A stretch of 32,443 nucleotides of DNA, from the NCBI GenBank assembly GCA_027593235.1, contig JAQCIU010000034.1, positions 1 through 32,443 of the forward strand, written 5' to 3'. A program made the position numbers and the translations under genes. Below, in pieces: positions 8,851-17,413 of this stretch; position 1 is the stretch's first letter; each line of letters starts with the position of its first letter. The stretch is from Chloroflexota bacterium (lineage in GTDB: Bacteria; Chloroflexota; Dehalococcoidia; UBA2979). The notes under the pieces were generated by a model. It worked only from the letters and a program-made list of their open reading frames with translations, made no database searches and was not told the origin of the DNA.

Positions 8851-10146
8851 CTAGACGTCGTCGGAGTCGGCGAGGACGTGGTGGACGCGCGTGTCGGGGC
8901 TGTCGAGGAATGACAACTCCTCCGGGAGCGTGTGGCGCGGCGAGATCAGCTCACCGGCGAGGTGGCCGGTGTCGTAAAAACCGGTGCGCACGAGCGCCGG
9001 GAGGTATGGGTGCCGCTGCGGGAGCCGGGTGGTGATTGCGGTGGCACCTTGCCCTCTGGCGAGGCGGATGGCGTCGCGGATCAGCGATTCGGCGACGTCG
9101 TCGCGGCCTGGCAGCGCGAGGATGTCAGCGAGGGCGGCGCCGCCATCGAGGATACGCGTGGCGGCATAGCCGAGCGGATCTCCAGCGCTGTCTCGGGCGA
9201 GGCGCACCGTGAATGGGCCGGCGCGCCGGTCGCAGAAGCGCCAGTTGAGGTAGTTGGGCGAGCGCTCGCCTACGAGGTCGAACTGGCTGATCGCTTCGGT
9301 GAGGAAGGGTTCGTGGTGATCCTCGAAGCGGTCGATCGTGGCGATCGTCCAGTCACCGGGGCGCGGCGTCGGGCGGCGGGCGAGCAGCGAGCGGGCGAAG
9401 CGGCCGGCGTTCGTCGCGGTCTCGTGGAGTTGGTCGGTGCGCGTGCGCTCCTGCCCGCGGAGGACGCGCGAGGTGCGGCTGAGCGCCGAAGCTCCGGCGT
9501 CGCCCTCGGTCGTTGCGCTGTCCTCGGGAGTTCCGACGGGCAGGCGGGGGAGCAGCGCGCGGGCGTGGCTCGCGAGGTCGCGCGCGTGGCGGACCGGTTG
9601 GAGCCGCAGGTGGCGGATGTAGTCGTGGGTCTCGTTCGCGGGGGCTTGCTCGCCCCGGCGGATCGCGCGGAACCGATCGGCGGGGTGGGTGAAGTACTCG
9701 AAGGAGAAGTCCTCCGAGGGGTGCCAGTCACGGCCCTGGTAGGGGCGGAAGGCGCGGTCGAGGCCACGACCCTGCCATTCCGGCAGGCGGCAGAGGTCGA
9801 GCCCGGCGCGCACGACGTAGGGGCGGCTGCGGAGTAACCAGACGCGGCGGCCGCTGGCGACGAAGCCGATTACGCGGCCGTCGGGCTCCTCGGTCATTCC
9901 GATGGTGGTGCCGCTCGGTCGGTCGCGAAACTTCCACTCGAAGTGATCGACCGGCGCCACCGGCAGGCGGTACCAGCTCACCTCGTGGTTGTAGGACACA
10001 TCGATGACGGCGAGCAGTTCGTCACGCAACGCAGGGGAGACGTCGCGGGCGTCGAGCCAGCGCCGCCTGACGCCCGCCTCGGGGACGTCGAAGCTGCCCT
10101 CGGAAGGGGCGAGTGGGCTGACGGCGTCGGGTGTGTCCTGTGGCAT
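8851..10146 (-). CDS. Double-GNAT-fold protein, paralog 2 (tandem duplicate of paralog 1)
   Basis: Starts MPQDTPDAVSPLAP (paralog 1: MPQDATDAVSPLAP); shares DLCRLPEWQGRG, DWHPSEDFS, APANETHDY, YLNWR, HHVLADSDDV. Confidence 0.82.
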   Translation of the reverse strand: MPQDTPDAVSPLAPSEGSFDVPEAGVRRRWLDARDVSPALRDELLAVIDVSYNHEVSWYRLPVAPVDHFEWKFRDRPSGTTIGMTEEPDGRVIGFVASGRRVWLLRSRPYVVRAGLDLCRLPEWQGRGLDRAFRPYQGRDWHPSEDFSFEYFTHPADRFRAIRRGEQAPANETHDYIRHLRLQPVRHARDLASHARALLPRLPVGTPEDSATTEGDAGASALSRTSRVLRGQERTRTDQLHETATNAGRFARSLLARRPTPRPGDWTIATIDRFEDHHEPFLTEAISQFDLVGERSPNYLNWRFCDRRAGPFTVRLARDSAGDPLGYAATRILDGGAALADILALPGRDDVAESLIRDAIRLARGQGATAITTRLPQRHPYLPALVRTGFYDTGHLAGELISPRHTLPEELSFLDSPDTRVHHVLADSDDV

Positions 10147-10181
10147 CGCGCGAATGTCGATCACGGTGGCGCGGCTGGCAA
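10147..10181 (-). promoter_or_regulatory. Putative leaderless promoter of GNAT paralog 2
   Basis: TTGCCA-17 nt-GACATT-6 nt-ATG; spacer shares CCGCGCCAC with the paralog 1 promoter. Confidence 0.5.
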
Positions 10182-10258
10182 GGGGGATGATGCGTGTGGC
10201 CGGGCCGATGGTGCTCCTCGGCGACTCTTAGCCAGCGCCCCTGGCGAGCGACCGCGGC

Positions 10259-11137
10259 TTAGCGAGTGCTGAACGCTTCGCGAAGGTCCGCGAGCAGCGA
10301 CCTGACCGCGGCACGAGGCTGCGGTCGCCAGATCACGGCGAGCGTGGCGACACCCGCGGTGCCGCGGATGGTGATCGCCTGCAGGTCGGTGTCGGGCCCG
10401 ACCATGGATGCGCTGAGCACGGCCGCGCCCATCCCACGCCGGGCGAGGTCAACCACGGCATCGGGGGCGCTCGCTTGCAGCGCAACGGTCGGCGTGAGGT
10501 CGGCGTCGCGGCATGCCTGGTCGAAGGTGGCGCGGATCCCGGTGCCGGGCGGGAGGCACACCAACGGATGCTCGAGGAGCCGCGCCAGGGTGATGGTCTT
10601 GCGTCCGGCGAGGGCATGGCCGGCGGGCACGAGGGTGACGAGGCCCTCGGCGACGATGGTGAGCGAGGCGACGTCGTCGGGCGGCGGGCCGGCGCAGCCG
10701 ATCAGCGCGACGTCGACGTGGCCGCCACGGACCTGGTCGATCATGTCCTGCGAACTGGCCTCGGTCAGATCGAGCTCGACGCCAGGGTGACGGTGATGGA
10801 ACGCGGCGAGCGCATCGAACAGGGGCGTGATGGTGCAGCCGGTGACCATCGCCACGCGGACCGTGCCGCGGACGACACCGGCGACATCATCAACGGCTGA
10901 ACGCACCTGCTCGATGGCGGCGAGCGCGGCACGTGCGGGCTCGAGCGCGGCGGCGCCGGCCGCAGTGGGGCGAGCGACGCGGCTACCGCGGTCGATCAGC
11001 GTTGCGCCGAGTTCGGTCTCGAGGCGCCGAATCTGGGCGCTCACACCGGACTGGGTGATGTGCACGCGCGCCGCGGCCCGCGTGAAGGATCGCTCCTCGA
11101 TCACGGCCACCAGGTATTCGAGTTGCGAGAGGTCCAT
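10259..11137 (-). CDS. LysR-family transcriptional regulator
   Basis: MDLSQLEYLVAVIEERSFTRAAARVHITQSGVSAQIRRLETELG HTH, PBP2-type C-terminal domain; divergent from SnoaL-like gene. Confidence 0.95.
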   Translation of the reverse strand: MDLSQLEYLVAVIEERSFTRAAARVHITQSGVSAQIRRLETELGATLIDRGSRVARPTAAGAAALEPARAALAAIEQVRSAVDDVAGVVRGTVRVAMVTGCTITPLFDALAAFHHRHPGVELDLTEASSQDMIDQVRGGHVDVALIGCAGPPPDDVASLTIVAEGLVTLVPAGHALAGRKTITLARLLEHPLVCLPPGTGIRATFDQACRDADLTPTVALQASAPDAVVDLARRGMGAAVLSASMVGPDTDLQAITIRGTAGVATLAVIWRPQPRAAVRSLLADLREAFSTR

Positions 11138-11238
11138 AAGTGATACTTCTTGATTCGATGAACACAATGAATTGGAGTTCTGATTACGGCGGCAGGATAC
11201 TGGCGGCAGCCCGAGCAATGCATCCCAGGAGCAAGAAT

Positions 11239-11616
11239 GTGAATGCTGGTGACGCCGCGATGAACCCCGAAGACGTGACCCGCCTCTTCGTTGACCGTTC
11301 GAACGCGGGCGACGCTGACGGGGTCGCCGCCCTCTACGAACCCGATGCGGTGATGGCCTACCCGCCGGGGAGTCAGACGGTCGGCCGCGATGCGATCCGC
11401 GAGCTGTGGGCCGCAGTGCTCGAGCACCAGCCCACGTTCCAGTACGAGACGTCGCTTCCCACGCTGGTGTGCGGTGACATCGCGCTGACCTCGACGGCCC
11501 CACGCGACGGCGCTGGCGCGCGGGCGCAGGTGCTCCGCCGTCAGGCCGACGGCTCGTGACTGCGGATCCTCGACTACCCCGAGTTCGTTGCGCCCGAGCA
11601 GGCTGCGCGGCGCTAG
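11239..11616 (+). pseudogene. SnoaL/NTF2-like (YybH-type) protein with in-frame TGA at 11557-11559
   Basis: AGGAG RBS then GTG 11239; NAGDADGVAALYEPDA...GRDAIR. Reading through the TGA gives RRQADGS*LRILDYPEF...*, where this family has RRQxDGxW. Confidence 0.78.
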
Positions 11617-12716
11617 ACGAAGTCGGTATCGCCGAAGGTGAAGTGCATCGAGGCGTCGCGTTCCTCGAGGAAGGCGAGCTGGGCGGCGGGCATCGATACC
11701 GGGCGCTAGAGCACGGCGGTATCGCCGAGCGAGAAGAACCCGAGGGCCTGCAGGGCGTTGCGGTAGGGGTGATGCTCCGGGGTCCAGCAGGAGACCGAGG
11801 CCGACCCGGCTGCGCGCGCGTGATCGACCGCGTCGCGGATCAGGGCACTCGCGACCTGCATCTCGCCCGGCGTGATCAGCAGGTCGACGACATGGGTCGT
11901 CTCGCCGTCGACCTTCGTCACGACATAACCGACGAGGCGACCGGCGCGCTCGGCGACGCGGATCGTGAAGGCGCCGGCGCGTGGGTCGGCGTAGCGCCAG
12001 TTGAGGAACGCGGCATCGCGTTCGCAGATGAAGTCGAAGGGTGTCGACGCCTCGGCGCAAAACGCGTCGAAACGGGAGTCGAACTCGCTGACGGTGCGCA
12101 ACGCGAAGTCCTTCGCACCACCTCGTTCGCCGCCGGCGGTGATCCGAGCGAACGTCGACACGAGTCGCAGGCGAAGAGCGGCGAGCGGGACGGGAAGGCG
12201 ACCGCCCTCGGAGCGGGCGAGGCGCCAGGCGTCCAGCGGCAGCACGGCCGGGCGGACCTGGTTGCCGAACGCCCTCGGGTCACCAAGGCGCGTGCGTCCG
12301 TGGACCATGTGTGGGTTGGTGCTGTCGTCGATGGACAGGTCGAACTGCGGTTGCAGGACGTCATGCATCATTTGCTGCGTGGCGCGGTTGGCACCGCGCC
12401 CCTGGAACGCGGGGTCGACGCCCGCGTCGACGAAATGCAGGAAGAGCTTGGGCTCGCTACGCACGAGGACGCGGCGAGCGAGGGTGGTGCGGGAGCCGGC
12501 GAGTTGGCCGTCTACCTCGGCGATCAGGAAGGCGGGAAAGCCAGGGAGCGGGCCGTTCGCTTTCCAGTCGAGGTGGTCGACCGCCGAGACGCCCTCGGGA
12601 AGCACGACGCGCGGCCAGGCGCCGAAGGCGCGGTTGAGCAGCGTGACGGCGCGTTCGAGGAAGTCACGGGTGACCTCGGAGCGTTCGACAGGGCGGGCGA
12701 TGACGTCGTCGGGCAT
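11613..12716 (-). pseudogene. Double-GNAT-fold protein, paralog 3, with in-frame TAG at 11706-11708
   Basis: PAFQGRG, FLNWRYADPRAG. After the TAG the frame continues RPVSMPAAQLAFLEERDASMHFTFGDTDFV*, aligning with LAFLDNPNARIHHVLADSDDV of paralog 1. TACAGT lies 7 nt before ATG 12716. Confidence 0.78.
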
Positions 12717-12754
12717 GGAGCGGACTGTAGCGGGCAGGGGCGTGTGACGGGAGC

Positions 12755-14599
12755 CTAGTGCTCGCGGCGGAGGTGATCGATCACCTCCCACATCACCTTG
12801 CAGTCGACCTCGTTGTACTTCGCGATGTCGAGGACCAGCGCGTCCTCGGAGAGCGGGATGCCGAGTTCGATCGCGTTCCGCTGGGCCCACCACGCGCCGA
12901 CCATCGCCCCGAGGCCGTCGGTCGGGCCGTCGCTCCAGACGGTCTCCACCAGGCCGTGGCGGTGCATCGCCTTTGCGATGTCCTTGAGGCCGAAGCCCAT
13001 CGCGCCGCGGACGACGACCGGCTCCTCGCGCATCACGTTGCTGAGGAAGTCGTACCAGTGGAGCGCCGGCCACTCGCGTTGTGGCTGGCGGTTGCGGGCG
13101 GAGTTGTAGGCGGTCTCGAGGGTGGAGACCTCCGCGTGCGACCAGTGGATCAGCTTCGGCTCCTCGGTTGAGTCGGGGGCGAGGCGGGCGCGCACCGCAG
13201 CCATGTGGGCGAACCACTCGTCGAGGATCCGCGCTTCCTCGTGCTCGCTGAGCGCGTCGACGGTGAACGAGGCGAAGCGCCACTCGCCGTCCTCGATGTG
13301 GCCGCAGCCGACCATGAAGATCAGCGCCTGGCCGCCTTTCTCCGGAAGCGCGGTGAAGTCGTCGGCGAGGTCGCTGACCGTCTCGAAGTCGACGAAGAAC
13401 TCCAGCGGCGGGGTGGGCAGCCATTCGGAGCGCGCCGTCCTGATGTGGGCGGGGCTAACTGGTGGGCGGTCCTCGGAGCGGTTGATCGTCATCAGGGCGT
13501 CGAGGGTGCCCGGGCGCTTTTCGCCGGTGACCCCGAGCACGGCCGGGGTGCAGCGCGGGTCGCGCCAGTGGTAGACGCCGGCGTCGTGGCCGCGCTTGCG
13601 GCCGCCTTCACCGACGTACCAGAGCAGGGTCAGCTCGCCGAGTTGTTCCGCCAGCTCGCGCTTGGCCCCGTGCCAGGGGCCGTCCTGCGTGTAGCCCATG
13701 TTCGGGTAGAGCTGCCGCACGGTCGGGGCGGGCAGGACGTCCCACGAGGCGCCCTCGGTCCTGACGCGGCGGAGCCAGGTGGTGGCGTCGGCGACCGCGA
13801 GGGCGATCGGGACTTTGTTCGCGAGCGTGCCGGTCTGCGGCACGGACGCGATGCGCTCGAGGCAGCTCGTGCCGCGCTGCTTCGTACCCTCGATCGTCTG
13901 TTCCCAGCCGCGTCCGAGCAGGAACGCGTCCGCCGGCTCGTAGCCCTGCAGGCGGCCGAGTGCGCGGTTGTAGATGTGGAGCTGCGACTTGTAGGCGGGC
14001 GCGGAGCCGCTGTTGCCGGGAATGCCAGCGACGTTCAGCCGCAGCGTCGAGAACTTGATGTCGAGCACGACGTAGTGCCACGGCGTCCCCAGATCCGGTG
14101 CGGGGATGCGCGCCACCTCGGGAGGGACGCTGTCGGGGAAGAGGCGTGCGAGGACGTCGCTGCGGACGAGGAGATCGGGCGCGCCGTAGGTACGGTGCTC
14201 GGCGTCCCAGAGGACGGCCTGATGGATCAGCGGCACGCCCTCACGCATCGCCTCGAAGGTCATGACCGCGCAGGCGTGATCGCGGATCTGCTCGTGGCCA
14301 GAGCTGATGGCGACGAGGTCGAGCTCGGGGTGGTGTTCGCGGAGGACGCCGATCACGCCGACCTCGAAGCGGCGGCCCTGGTCGAAGATGAACGGGGTGA
14401 ACGCCGTGCGGTCGTCGTAGCCAAGCACTTCGTCGTCGCGGGTGAAGCCGCGCGCCTTGCCGTACTCATTGAGCCAGTCGAGCAGCGGATCGCCGAGGAC
14501 GTGATTGCGCGTCGTTGAAGCGCTCACCCAGAGGGCGGAGTCCTCGGCAGGGGAGACCTCGCTGCCGTCGCTACGTCGGGTGAGCGCGTCGAGTGTCAT
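12755..14599 (-). CDS. TM0106-like RecB/Cas4-type PD-(D/E)XK nuclease fused to a C-terminal YprB/RNase H-like domain
   Basis: GAPDLLVR...YVVLDIK...QLHIY nuclease motifs; C-terminal FVDFETV, HWSHAE, GFGLKDIA, YNEVDC acidic motifs; TACTAT 6 nt before ATG 14599. Confidence 0.85.
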   Translation of the reverse strand: MTLDALTRRSDGSEVSPAEDSALWVSASTTRNHVLGDPLLDWLNEYGKARGFTRDDEVLGYDDRTAFTPFIFDQGRRFEVGVIGVLREHHPELDLVAISSGHEQIRDHACAVMTFEAMREGVPLIHQAVLWDAEHRTYGAPDLLVRSDVLARLFPDSVPPEVARIPAPDLGTPWHYVVLDIKFSTLRLNVAGIPGNSGSAPAYKSQLHIYNRALGRLQGYEPADAFLLGRGWEQTIEGTKQRGTSCLERIASVPQTGTLANKVPIALAVADATTWLRRVRTEGASWDVLPAPTVRQLYPNMGYTQDGPWHGAKRELAEQLGELTLLWYVGEGGRKRGHDAGVYHWRDPRCTPAVLGVTGEKRPGTLDALMTINRSEDRPPVSPAHIRTARSEWLPTPPLEFFVDFETVSDLADDFTALPEKGGQALIFMVGCGHIEDGEWRFASFTVDALSEHEEARILDEWFAHMAAVRARLAPDSTEEPKLIHWSHAEVSTLETAYNSARNRQPQREWPALHWYDFLSNVMREEPVVVRGAMGFGLKDIAKAMHRHGLVETVWSDGPTDGLGAMVGAWWAQRNAIELGIPLSEDALVLDIAKYNEVDCKVMWEVIDHLRREH

Positions 14600-14802
14600 G
14601 TGGCGATAGTAACGGGAGTCTGACAGCGGTCGAGCGACTGCGCTGGCCTCGAAGTTCCGATGGGCCTCGGAGGGGGCTAGCGCTGGCGCCCTGAGCAGCG
14701 TTTGGCACGGTGATCGCTCGCCGCCAGCGGGATTGCTGGTGTGAACCTCGGAGTCGCGGTCGTCCGTTGGTGCGGTCCCTGTGATCGTTAGACCGCTGGG
14801 CC

Positions 14803-14960
14803 TGTTACGGTAGATGCAGCACACCAATCAGGTGTGCGCTCAGTTCCGCCTCCTGGCCAGATCCTTCCAATCTTCCACGTCGCGCCTGAGAACCGTTGTC
14901 GCTGCGCCCCAATGGGTGCAGCGCGTGTTGTTGGCGTAGGCCGACGAGGAGTTGTTTCAC
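14803..14960 (+). promoter_or_regulatory. Extended -10 promoter and structured ~140-nt 5' leader of the RRM gene
   Basis: TG-T-TACGGT at 14803-14811; hairpins 14819-14837 and 14900-14923; GAGGAG RBS 14946-14951. Confidence 0.55.
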
Positions 14961-15341
14961 TTGGCTCAGAAGATCTATGTAGGAAACCTGCCGTTCGACA
15001 GCTCGGAGGACGCCGTTGAGCGCCTCTTCGCTGAGTACGGCGATGTGATTTCGTGCGCACTGCCGACGGATCGCGAGACGGGCCGCCCACGCGGATTCGG
15101 TTTCGTGGAGATGGGCAACGATGACGCCGCAAAGGCGATCGCGGCCCTCAACGGCACCGACTTCGGTGGGCGTCAGCTCAACGTCAACGAGGCGAAGCCT
15201 CGTGAGGCGGGCGGCGGTCGCAGCGGCGGCGGCGGTGGTTACGGCGGCGGCGGTGGCGGTGGCTACAGCGGCGGCGGCGGTGGTGGCGGCTACGGCGGCG
15301 GCGGCGGTGGTGGCAACCGCGGCGGCGGCAGCTACCGCTAA
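14961..15341 (+). CDS. RRM RNA-binding protein with glycine-rich tail
   Basis: RNP2 IYVGNL, RNP1 RGFGFVEM, LNVNEAKPRE, then GGGGGY repeats; TTG start 9 nt after GAGGAG. Confidence 0.96.
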   Translation: MAQKIYVGNLPFDSSEDAVERLFAEYGDVISCALPTDRETGRPRGFGFVEMGNDDAAKAIAALNGTDFGGRQLNVNEAKPREAGGGRSGGGGGYGGGGGGGYSGGGGGGGYGGGGGGGNRGGGSYR

Positions 15342-15373
15342 CCCCCTTCGGGGGTGGCCGACCCTTCGGGCCT
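15341..15373 (+). repeat. Double-hairpin repeat, type A, starting at RRM stop codon
   Basis: TA|ACCCCC-TTC-GGGGGT-GGCCGA-CCC-TTC-GGG-CCT. Confidence 0.85.
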
Positions 15374-15400
15374 GTTTCAGGTTCGTACGATGATCGGCAG

Positions 15401-15433
15401 AGGGGCGCAGGCATTGCCTGCGTCCCTTTTTTT
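15401..15433 (+). terminator. Intrinsic terminator of RRM gene
   Basis: AGGGGCGCAGGC-ATT-GCCTGCGTCCCT followed by a T run. Confidence 0.88.
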
Positions 15434-15490
15434 GATCGACGAGGGGGATCGGGGCCTTATCCTTCGTCCGCATGTGACGAGGTGATTCCT

Positions 15491-16759
15491 ATGTCCGATC
15501 AGGCCGGCTCCGCGACGCACGCTTTTGGCGCGCGCAGTTACGAGTGGCGCCTCCATTCCGCCGAGGATGCGATCGAGCAGCAGCTCGCCACCGAGGTCGC
15601 GCGAGCACCTCGCGCTAGCGATCGAGGAGAGATTGGCGCGAAGCGCGCCTTTGTGATCGCGTCGCCCTCGATCGCCGCGCGGACCAGCACGGTCGATCGG
15701 ATCGCGGAGACGCTCGGCGACCGCTACGCGGGCGCCTTCGGCGGCATCGAGGTGGACTCGACGTACCGCTCCGTGGCGGCGGCGGCCGACGCCGCGCGGG
15801 AGGCGGGTGCGGATCTGCTGATCGCGGTCGGCGGTGGCAGCGTGATTGTCGCGGCGCGGGTGGCGGACGTGTTCCTCTGCGAGGACGGCGACCCCTTCGA
15901 TCTGATGACCCAGTACCCAGAGGGCAAGCCGGCGTTTAGCCCGCGGCTGATGGCGCCGAAGCTGCCGATCATCAACATCCCGACGACGCCAACGAGCGCG
16001 ATGAACCGCGCCGGGTCCGGCCTCGCGAACCCCGACCTCGAGCATCGGATGGAGTACTTCGACCCGAAGACGCGCCCGACCTCGATCTTCTGGGACTGGC
16101 AGGCGCTGCGCGCGACCCCGCTCGAGGTGATGCGATCGACCGCGACGACGACGTTCGCCGGCGCGGTCTCCGCCGCGGCCGCTCCCGAGGCCAACCCACT
16201 GGTCGAGGGCGACCGCGCGCAGATCCTGCGCCTCGCCCGCCGTGCCTACCCTCGGCTGATCGCCGAGCCGGAGGCGATCGAGCCGCGGATCGACCTCTGC
16301 GCGGCGGCGCTGCTGCAGAACCGATCGGCGGACGACGACGCCTCAGGCGGCGTCGGCACGCGCGACGAGGTGTTCGGCGGCGACTACGCGATCTCGACGG
16401 CGCTGCACGTGCTGTACGCGGAGGTCGGGCAGGGCGAATCCACCTCGGTGCTGCAGGCGACGGTCGCGCGTCGCGCCGCCGATCCGGACGCCGACGCTTC
16501 ACGGCGTGTGGCCGAACTCCTCGAGGTGTGGCGCGACGGCATGTCGGCGTCGCAGGCGACGCTCGCCGCGGCCGATGCGATCGAGGCGACCTATCGCGCC
16601 GCCGGGATGCCGGTCCGCATCCGCGATCTTGACGTGCCTCGGGAGGACTTCGCGCGGATCGCGGAGGCGACGCTGAAGAACTTCAACGCGAACCAGGGCA
16701 CCCGCAGCGAGGACGAGCGCCGTCACCAGACGATCGCCCTCCTCGAAGCCTGCTGGTAA
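15491..16759 (+). CDS. Iron-containing alcohol dehydrogenase-fold protein
   Basis: LIAVGGGSV nucleotide-binding motif, INIPTTP, C-terminal GMPVRIRDL; GAGGTG RBS. Confidence 0.85.
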   Translation: MSDQAGSATHAFGARSYEWRLHSAEDAIEQQLATEVARAPRASDRGEIGAKRAFVIASPSIAARTSTVDRIAETLGDRYAGAFGGIEVDSTYRSVAAAADAAREAGADLLIAVGGGSVIVAARVADVFLCEDGDPFDLMTQYPEGKPAFSPRLMAPKLPIINIPTTPTSAMNRAGSGLANPDLEHRMEYFDPKTRPTSIFWDWQALRATPLEVMRSTATTTFAGAVSAAAAPEANPLVEGDRAQILRLARRAYPRLIAEPEAIEPRIDLCAAALLQNRSADDDASGGVGTRDEVFGGDYAISTALHVLYAEVGQGESTSVLQATVARRAADPDADASRRVAELLEVWRDGMSASQATLAAADAIEATYRAAGMPVRIRDLDVPREDFARIAEATLKNFNANQGTRSEDERRHQTIALLEACW

Positions 16760-16787
16760 CCCCTTCGGGGGCTGGATTGCCTTCGGC
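16759..16787 (+). repeat. Double-hairpin repeat, type B, starting at stop codon
   Basis: TAA|CCCC-TTC-GGGG-GCTGGATT-GCC-TTC-GGC. Confidence 0.75.
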
Positions 16788-16846
16788 GCGGTGCAGCGTT
16801 TCGTTGGCACGGGGTCCAGGGTTGGGTTCCGGAAGCCGAGCCGGTA

Positions 16847-17260
16847 CTAGAGCGCGCGCATCCGGTTGTTGCGGGCGTTGTGCTCCACCTCGGCGAGGCC
16901 GAGTGCTTCGAGGACCGGCGGGACGTAGTTGCCGAAGCGGCCGCGGAGGCCCTTCTTGATGCCGTACCAGCCGGCGACCGGGTTGGAGTCGGAACGACCC
17001 CAGGCCTCGACGGTGCCGTCGGCCGCGGGCTTCTGCTCGTCGGCGTTGCCGAGGGGCATCCAATCGCCGTGCTGCTTGAGCATGGCGTGCAGGTCCTCGA
17101 TCGCGGCGAGGTGGTAGCGGAGCTGCGTCTTGCCGACCTGCACCACGAGGGCGGGCGGGTCGGCGGACTCGTCACGCCAGGCCTCGAAGTCGGAGCCGCC
17201 GGGCGGGGTGGTGAGCTGCCACGGATCGGCCTCGGTGCCCGCGCCGTTCACGTCAGCCAT
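16847..17260 (-). CDS. Conserved hypothetical protein (DUF6855-like)
   Basis: GTxxDPWxLxTPPG...LGNADEQKPA...EAWGR...NPVAGWYG.KKGLRGRFG.Y.PP; family name from recollection; GAGGAAGG upstream. Confidence 0.8.
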   Translation of the reverse strand: MADVNGAGTEADPWQLTTPPGGSDFEAWRDESADPPALVVQVGKTQLRYHLAAIEDLHAMLKQHGDWMPLGNADEQKPAADGTVEAWGRSDSNPVAGWYGIKKGLRGRFGNYVPPVLEALGLAEVEHNARNNRMRAL

Positions 17261-17359
17261 CGTCGTTACGCCTTCCTCGGAGCTTGCTGGTCGAGGTAAT
17301 GGTAACGGATACGCTACGGATGGGCTCTGGCGGGTGGCGTTCGTTTCGGCTGGGTGCGA

Positions 17360-17386
17360 AGAGGCCCCCGCAATGCGGGGGCCTCT
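17360..17386. terminator. Hairpin terminator of the small secreted protein gene
   Basis: AGAGGCCCCCGCA-A-TGCGGGGGCCTCT perfect inverted repeat 27 nt past the stop. Confidence 0.75.
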
Positions 17387-17413
17387 GTTCGATCGTGCCG
17401 GATGGCCTCGGTG

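Noticed and set aside
11557-11559. Genome-wide TGA=Trp recoding or selenocysteine
   Set aside because: TGA ends the nucleoside hydrolase, MDR, nudC and ECF genes at expected positions; Trp is TGG elsewhere; the position is Trp-like, not Cys-like.
12717-13424. N-terminal extension of the 572-aa ORF suggesting a nuclease-GNAT overlap or fusion
   Set aside because: The extension is Arg/Pro-rich alternate-frame sequence within the nuclease gene; GNAT similarity starts at M12716, which has its own -10 box.
12755-14599. Nuclease as a bona fide Cas4
   Set aside because: No four-Cys Fe-S motif arrangement, has an RNase H-like fusion, and no cas1 or array nearby.
14600-14800. Separate ncRNA in the nuclease-RRM intergenic region
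   Set aside because: No recognisable RNA family, terminator or convincing long stem seen by eye; an Rfam or covariation search would be needed.
15210-15335. GGC-rich tandem repeat as a non-coding VNTR
   Set aside because: It is the coding Gly-rich tail of the RRM protein.
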